The notes beneath the pieces were generated by a model. The model made no database searches and was not told the DNA's origin. It saw nothing but the letters and a program-made list of their open reading frames with translations. Shown one piece after another: positions 56,050 to 63,146 of a stretch of DNA of 63,146 nt. A program made the translations under genes and the position numbers. Origin of the DNA: Tubiluchus corallicola (taxonomy: Eukaryota > Animalia > Priapulida). The number at the start of each line of letters is the position of its first letter. Within the stretch, counting starts at the first letter, position 1. The stretch is from contig JAQGDQ010001097.1 in the NCBI GenBank assembly GCA_030141605.1, positions 1-63,146 on the forward strand, read 5' to 3'.

Positions 56050-58024
56050 AGCTGCCGCAGTTCTTAAAACTCGTTTTTTTCGTACAAACCATTATGGCAC
56101 TATTTCTGAACTGCAGATGACAACCCTTTAACAAGTAGATATGTGCAAAGTAAGTGTCGTGAAAACTAATCGTGTGAGCAGAGTTCATTGTTTTAAATGT
56201 CATTCTTTTGAATGACCGTGTGAACTAGACGTTAAAGCTACCCATCTTTGTGTCTTGATGAAGCCATAAATACCACCCATTTTACTATCATTAAGATAAT
56301 AGTAACATGTGCTTGACGAAGAAGCCATTGCATCTCTTACACAAATCCGTAATTGGGTATATTAACAAAGAGGTTAACGAACTCCACGCGAAAGAGGAAA
56401 TAATTCTTATGCAGAAAATGACAGCATCCCAATAAAATCAATTAACCCACTTTTAGCCCATGACAGTTATTTAGCTTCGTGATGGATTCTGCGTTAAAAA
56501 TATGAAAACAGTAGCACTAAACTAGACTTACATGTGAATAAATTTTCAGAACACAAACAACATATTACAGAAATCTCATTACATGAATGCCAGTTTTAGA
56601 TCTTACCGTTTATGAAAAGATTAACAAATGAGATTAAGCTTTGTTTATAATTTTGCGCTCTTTTTTCCCACTTCTGGCGTTATAGAGCAATTGTCATCAT
56701 CCTCTAGTCTTTGCTTAGGCTGCTAGTTTTGCGGTTTTCTTTTATCTCGCAATTACGTCACTTATGCTGCGCTCATCATACAAAGTAATTACTTTGTGCA
56801 AAGTACATATTACTAGGGCGTATTTACTAATAGGCTAACTAGGTTGTAACCAAGGACGTAAGATTTTGAGGGGTGGCAGATTATAGGAACCCAGCGTTAA
56901 TTTTTATTTTCCTCAGAAAATGCGTATCTTTCAAATCCAGATAAAGCAATAATATGCAGACTCCATGTATTTTATAACACGCCACAAGCAGTTATAGCAT
57001 AAATGCCATATAATGGGTTATTTTTGCAGGTTATGTCACATTATAAACAACTATACACGGTTAGATAGGGAATTTTTCTGGCTTTCTAACCGTATATGAC
57101 ACGAATAAATTCCTTTTGGCATTCATAATAGCAGTTTGGATTCCGGGTGAAGTATCGTTGCAAATCTTTCAGTGCCATTTTTCAACTTGGTTAAGTTCCT
57201 AACTAGCAAACTATGTACGGCTAGATAGAGAATTTTTCTGGCTTTCTAAGAGTGGATGACACGAATAAATTGCTTTTGGTGCTGCTTTCACAATGGCGGT
57301 TGAATATACAGCTAGCTGCACTTGCGCACCCTACTTAGATATACAGGTTATTCAAATATATGTAACTACCAATAATCACGAAGGTACTGGGTAAGAGTGC
57401 TACTAATACACCACAAGTACTTGTACATGGAACTTCACATATAAACAATCATAAACCCAGAATAGAGATGCAAATTTCTTCTAGGTGGAGGAGTCGTCAG
57501 GAATATCACATAAGATGACAAGCCCCAATTCATGTGCATGTGTTATCAGTTATTCTTGTACCGCTTGTCTCAACACTTTGTTTGAACCACTGCTTTTATC
57601 TTTTTACCTCAGATGGTATTCATTTTTCTCCTAAATTTTCTAAAACATTTTACATAATTATTTTCGTTTTAGAAAATTACAAAATGCTTTCCAAGTGAAA
57701 TCACTAGACACAACTCTTATGCAGCTAAAGGAAACTTTATTTATAAGTGTACCTGGGTATGTACCTTTACAATGTGGTTAAAGTTACACTAATTCCAATT
57801 ATGTCAATGAAAAAATGTAACAGATGTCGACAAATGTTCTGTAAACACTTTGATACATATTGTCTAGTAGAACAGAACACAATACATGTGGCACCATTCA
57901 TTGATAAGAATGAGAAAAAATAATAAGACTGCACTATTTTAGACAACAGACAATTGGTTATACATGTACATGGTATCAGACAGAGGAATAACAGTGCTGA
58001 AAAATTAGCAAAAGTCTACAATAT

Positions 58025-59368
58025 TTATGTTTCATAAGCATGTTTTGAGTATCTCTCCCAGACAATCCTCATCAATTTCCGGGAGAGCGGATGCAGAGTT
58101 ATGAAATTCCAGGGTTCCTCAAGATCAAGCCTGTTAACTTCAATCATGAAGCCTTTATGACTGGAACGAGGCACTTGTGCTCTCTCCGCAAGGAAGCCAG
58201 TCACAAAGACATCTTCCATGGGGAAGACCTTTTCCACCAAAAGCGAGGCAGCGTACAGTAATGGTGGTAAGTCCATGGACATGACGTAGCCTGTCCCTGA
58301 GAGATAGTTGGGATAGATTGCACCGTCAAACTCGCGTTGCGACACGTGCCATTTGTGTCCTGGTGCCCTCATGGGCCTTTTCTCTGACTGAAGATAACCA
58401 ATCATTGTTCTGGTTTGACTAGTGTTGTAAAGTTGGTCCATCAGAAGGTCCACATTCAAGAAGACATCGGTGTCGATTTTCATCATGAAAGATGCATCGC
58501 GGCAGAAGGTACGAGCAATATGGAGTATCGTCACCGACTTCGAGCTGAGGTTGCGGTATGTGTCCAAGAAGTCCACTTGAATGACGTCATTATAGTCACG
58601 AAGTTCCTTGGTAAAGTTTCTTTGGAAATAGAAATAATCAAGAAATTGCCCCGGTTGACCAATGACGAAAACATAGCTGAGATCCTTGCGTCGCTGTGCC
58701 ACCGTTCCCCACGTCTCTCTTACCATCTGACGGCCAGCAAAGTCTGTTGCCTTGGACACAATCAACACAAACAGCTTTGTATCTGGCGTGCAGACTAAAT
58801 TACCTGGGCAGGTGTATTGATAAGGTGTCTTTTTAATAATCACCGTTTTTGAACACATTTTCTTATACTTCTTTATCGATTTGTTCGGTCTTTGGGCAAC
58901 AACATCGCGTGCAAGATTGTTTTTGACAAGTTTATCATTTTGCCCATTTATGTCTTGAAGTGCAGCCCAATCTATTTTAAATTGATTCGAATTTTTAGCT
59001 TCAGGTTTTGCTATATGATCACGCATTAACTCTTTAAACACTGCATTATTCTCTTCTTCTAGCGCTTTAATGCCTTTTGCACTAAATTTCACTATTTTTT
59101 CATTATATTCGTCTTTACCGGAAACACTCCATTCTACATTATCGTTGTATCTTTCTAACTTTGGTTCCCCGTGTTCTCTCTGGGGATCTTCTACTAAATG
59201 ACCGTTTCTGGACAAGTGGGTTTCCTCCTCATGCGAAGACGATTTGTTGTTTGACGTTAATAAAATCAGCGCTGAAAAAGAGATAACGCAGGCCAGCAAA
59301 AGTGCAGTTCTAGAAAGTCTTTTTGACAACATAAAGCAGCGACGAAGGCTTCGGCGTCTACAAACCAT
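58025..59368 (-). CDS. GT31 family beta-1,3-galactosyltransferase-like type II membrane protein (447 aa)
   Basis: TM (ALLLACVISFSALILL) and motifs RQMVRETWG, FVIG, E..YNDVIQVDFLDTYRNLSSKS, KIDTDVFLN, KWHVS, YPNYLSGTGYVMS, MEDVFVTGFLA, ITLHP. The CDS is intronless. Confidence 0.95.
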   Translation of the reverse strand: MVCRRRSLRRCFMLSKRLSRTALLLACVISFSALILLTSNNKSSSHEEETHLSRNGHLVEDPQREHGEPKLERYNDNVEWSVSGKDEYNEKIVKFSAKGIKALEEENNAVFKELMRDHIAKPEAKNSNQFKIDWAALQDINGQNDKLVKNNLARDVVAQRPNKSIKKYKKMCSKTVIIKKTPYQYTCPGNLVCTPDTKLFVLIVSKATDFAGRQMVRETWGTVAQRRKDLSYVFVIGQPGQFLDYFYFQRNFTKELRDYNDVIQVDFLDTYRNLSSKSVTILHIARTFCRDASFMMKIDTDVFLNVDLLMDQLYNTSQTRTMIGYLQSEKRPMRAPGHKWHVSQREFDGAIYPNYLSGTGYVMSMDLPPLLYAASLLVEKVFPMEDVFVTGFLAERAQVPRSSHKGFMIEVNRLDLEEPWNFITLHPLSRKLMRIVWERYSKHAYET

Positions 59369-60519
59369 CTCTCAGTACTTCTGATCCCCAGAAATATGTT
59401 GAAATTCAGCAAATACAGTTCACACATTTTTGGAAAAAAAGGGCTAAAAACCTGAACGCACAGGCAACGTCACCGCGATTGAGCGATTAGCAAGTCTGTA
59501 AGTCAGCAATGGATGATAAATTAAACTTTGTCTGAGAATGTGATCGAACCTTTCACGAGTAGAAGCTTAGCGTTTAAGCTCCTCAAACAATTTCGTGAGA
59601 TAAAAACGCTTGTTGATGAACTTCAGTCAACAGATAATTGCATCTCCAGGTAAAAAAAAGTGATAAACTATCCGCTATTAAGACTTCGAACGCGGTCGTG
59701 ATATCTGACACAATTCTGTCGCATCTCTGTGTGCACAACCATTTGTTTTAAGCGCGAAGTTACAGACTAATTAAGTCGCAGTCACCTTATAGGCTCAGGT
59801 TGCCGACTAACTGACTAACTGGTTTACTTCAATATCTAAATGCTGTCGGGTTGTTTTTCTTTCACATCATTATAATCATTTTCAAGTGCTACTGACTGAT
59901 ACGCCATTTTGTCGGCAAATTTTACTCTACTCCAATACACGATATTACAGCCAACGGGACACACTGTTATTTTTTGTACTCATAATTATATCTTGGGTTC
60001 AGAAAAGGAATTTGTCAGCACTTGTCTACGCCGCATTTTGGCTCCTCCTTTTTATGACAACCTACTGTCAACATTCCAAGTGTTTGACCACTGGGAGGGT
60101 AATCAAATATGCGGAATAGCCCAACCTAGTTCTACAGATATAACAGTCACTTGGTTGTTTTCTTACAAGATTTTATAACCTGTGCGTCTTAGTTTGAACA
60201 TTACGCGTAGATCCTGTTATACCAGGGATAGGCACTGTTAAATAAAATATGTAATTTATGACAAATCATAAACAAAAATGAATTAATTCCTCAAATATTA
60301 ACAACAGTAATGCGTCTGTAAAATACTTGCCAGTCAATAAAAGAACAAAAAGATTTTCACTAAAGAATTACTAACTAAAATATTAAACATATAATTACAA
60401 CTAGGATTCTTATGATTGTGAAAACATAATAATGTTGCATCTGTAATCCAATAGTCTTTTGTTCGAGAACTCGCTCAGGCCCAGTAATTTGCGCTTAAGG
60501 TTAGATTACAGTGGGGTAT

Positions 60520-61525
60520 AATTATTTTAGTCATTTTTACTCTACCGAGGAAGTTATGTTTCAACACAGTTTGTTTGTCTGTCTGTTGGTTGGTTTTGTC
60601 TACTATGTTTTTGTCTAGTAAGCCTATTACGCAAAAACTATCTAACACATTTCCAAGAAACTTTGTGAAGAAAGATGGATGTAGAGTGCCAAAATTTTCG
60701 CTAGCTCTTTCGCAAAACTTGACCGAACACTACGTACAAAAAACGTTCGTGTAGTACTTCATGGAGGTCTCAGAAAGAGTATTTAGTACTTCTCTTTTAT
60801 TATCTCCATCAGGACACACAACTAAGAGTTAGTTCCAGGGTCCATTTCGAGAAAATCTCGCTTGTAAAACCGTGTAACGCTGTATATAACCTTTGCTTAT
60901 TAATGTGCATAGCCCTGTAAGGCGACTTGATACGTATATATTTGTCACTTTATTACCACTGCCAAAATTAATGGTGAAAACGATAGATAAACACTATGTG
61001 GAACATTCGTGCATTATTGATTATAAATGCCATTAATGAACTAATATTTTGCCAGTCTTTTACTAGTCTATATGACACCAACACGGGTACATTTTTGTAC
61101 ATTTGCTTGTTTATCTTTGTGTTGAATTTTTTTAATCGAAAGAATCAGACGAATAAGTTTAGGATTGTTCGGCTTTGGCAGAGACCTGAGCGCATTCTAG
61201 TTTTATTATAGAAATCAATTGCATCAAAATAACATATGTACCTTTTTTACTTTTCCATTTGTGCCATTTTTTCCTGCGCCATTTTACCTACTTTTCCATT
61301 TGCGTCATTTTTCCCTGTGCCATTTCTACCTGTGCCACTTTTACCGCGCCATTTTTCCTGCGCCATTTTTACCGTGCCATTTTTTCCTGCGCCAATTTTA
61401 CCTACTTTTCCATTTGCGTCATTTTTTCCTGTGCCATTTCTATCTGTGCCGTTTTTCCTGTGCCACTTTTACCGTGCCATTTTTCCAGTGCCATTTTACC
61501 TATGCTATTTTTACCGCGCACCCTG
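60520..61525. mobile_element. Second copy of the HINE-like core plus GTGCCATTTTT array
   Basis: Collinear with about 22340-23225. Starts TTTTACTCTACCGAGGAAGTTATGTTT with a GTTT/GTCT microsatellite seed. The left inverted array is absent. Confidence 0.75.
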
Positions 61526-62469
61526 AATACAGCGATCACCCATCGATTTATTGATCAGCCCCAACAATACTTCACTTTTGTCGAGCACCCCAGCAGTAAC
61601 GGTACACTTAAATTCTTTTTAGTCTTCTGGCACCAGTTATGAAAGTGAAGCCCACCAGTGACTGCAAATGGCTTCCTTCACTTTAAGTCCAACATTAAAT
61701 CAACAGGAGTTTAGCAAATCGAAAAAATCCACATGGATTCAATGTTGCCACGTGGATTCAATGTTGAAACGCCCAAGTTCACAAATGCAGCTATTAATGA
61801 AGCTCGCCTATTGAGTATTTTTGTTGACATTAAGGACTACGGGGAGGCGCTTTATATCACAACCTCTTCTTCGAGATGATGAAAACCAACAGTGAATGGA
61901 CAGGTGACTAAGCACAGACTAGCTCACGTCAAAAACCCATTCAGTTCAATCAGCTTGTCGTGAACTGATTCACGAGTCTGTTTATGAACAGTATAAACTT
62001 TATAAACATTAGCAACATTATAACTTTACAGCAAGTTAGACTACAGTGAATCATTTTCTCACCTGACTGGTTTCTGGTATGCATTGCCCAAGGTTAACCA
62101 GTTTCAACTGATTTGAGCTGTTACAGGTTTTAATCTAGGAGTCACAACGTAGTGTACAGAAAAGACAGTCAATAATAAAGTGTTTGTGCCACTAAAGCAG
62201 TTGGTTTATATTGCTACATATATTGACTGTGCCTTTTTCACACAGCTCAATACGTCTTCGTTCATATTGAAACCAGACACACCCGAGGGAAATAAGCCTT
62301 TTGCAAGTCTGCAATCCGGTTATGGATAAACTATTAAGCAAACCATTAAGCATGTGCTTAGGCCTCAGGGATACACCTAGAAGGGCCCGACAGTTTCTTT
62401 GTAATAAGCTGCTCTATGTTTATTTTGTAACTCGCATATAAATATGCTGAATGGATGGCCCTTTATATA

Positions 62470-63146
<677 letters not shown>

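Overview
AT-rich, repeat-dense animal genomic DNA. It is probably a lophotrochozoan invertebrate, inferred only from the 5S rRNA type and the repeat landscape. Three protein-coding loci are supportable. (1) A spliced + strand orphan gene that the ORF track misses as a unit: exons 44759-44941, 47377-48058 and 50604-50728 join in phase through GT-AG introns, with a candidate signal-peptide exon at 39742-39828. It encodes a Cys-free, His-rich protein with two RGD motifs and polybasic cleavage-like sites. (2, 3) Two tandem minus-strand GT31 beta-1,3-galactosyltransferase-like genes with intronless CDSs (52851-54248, 58025-59368), convergent on the orphan gene. The rest is microsatellite, minisatellite and decayed transposon: TTAA-flanked Kolobok-like elements, hAT-type MITEs, Helentron/HINE-like elements, RTE-X-, CR1- and Crack-like LINE fragments, a Penelope-like remnant with a decayed hammerhead-like motif, a 5S-headed candidate SINE and a tRNA-like relic. 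There are also several perfect foldback palindromes, the longest with 108-bp arms. Almost all other ORFs in the track are artefacts of simple repeats. All homology calls come from motif recognition by eye; no searches were run.
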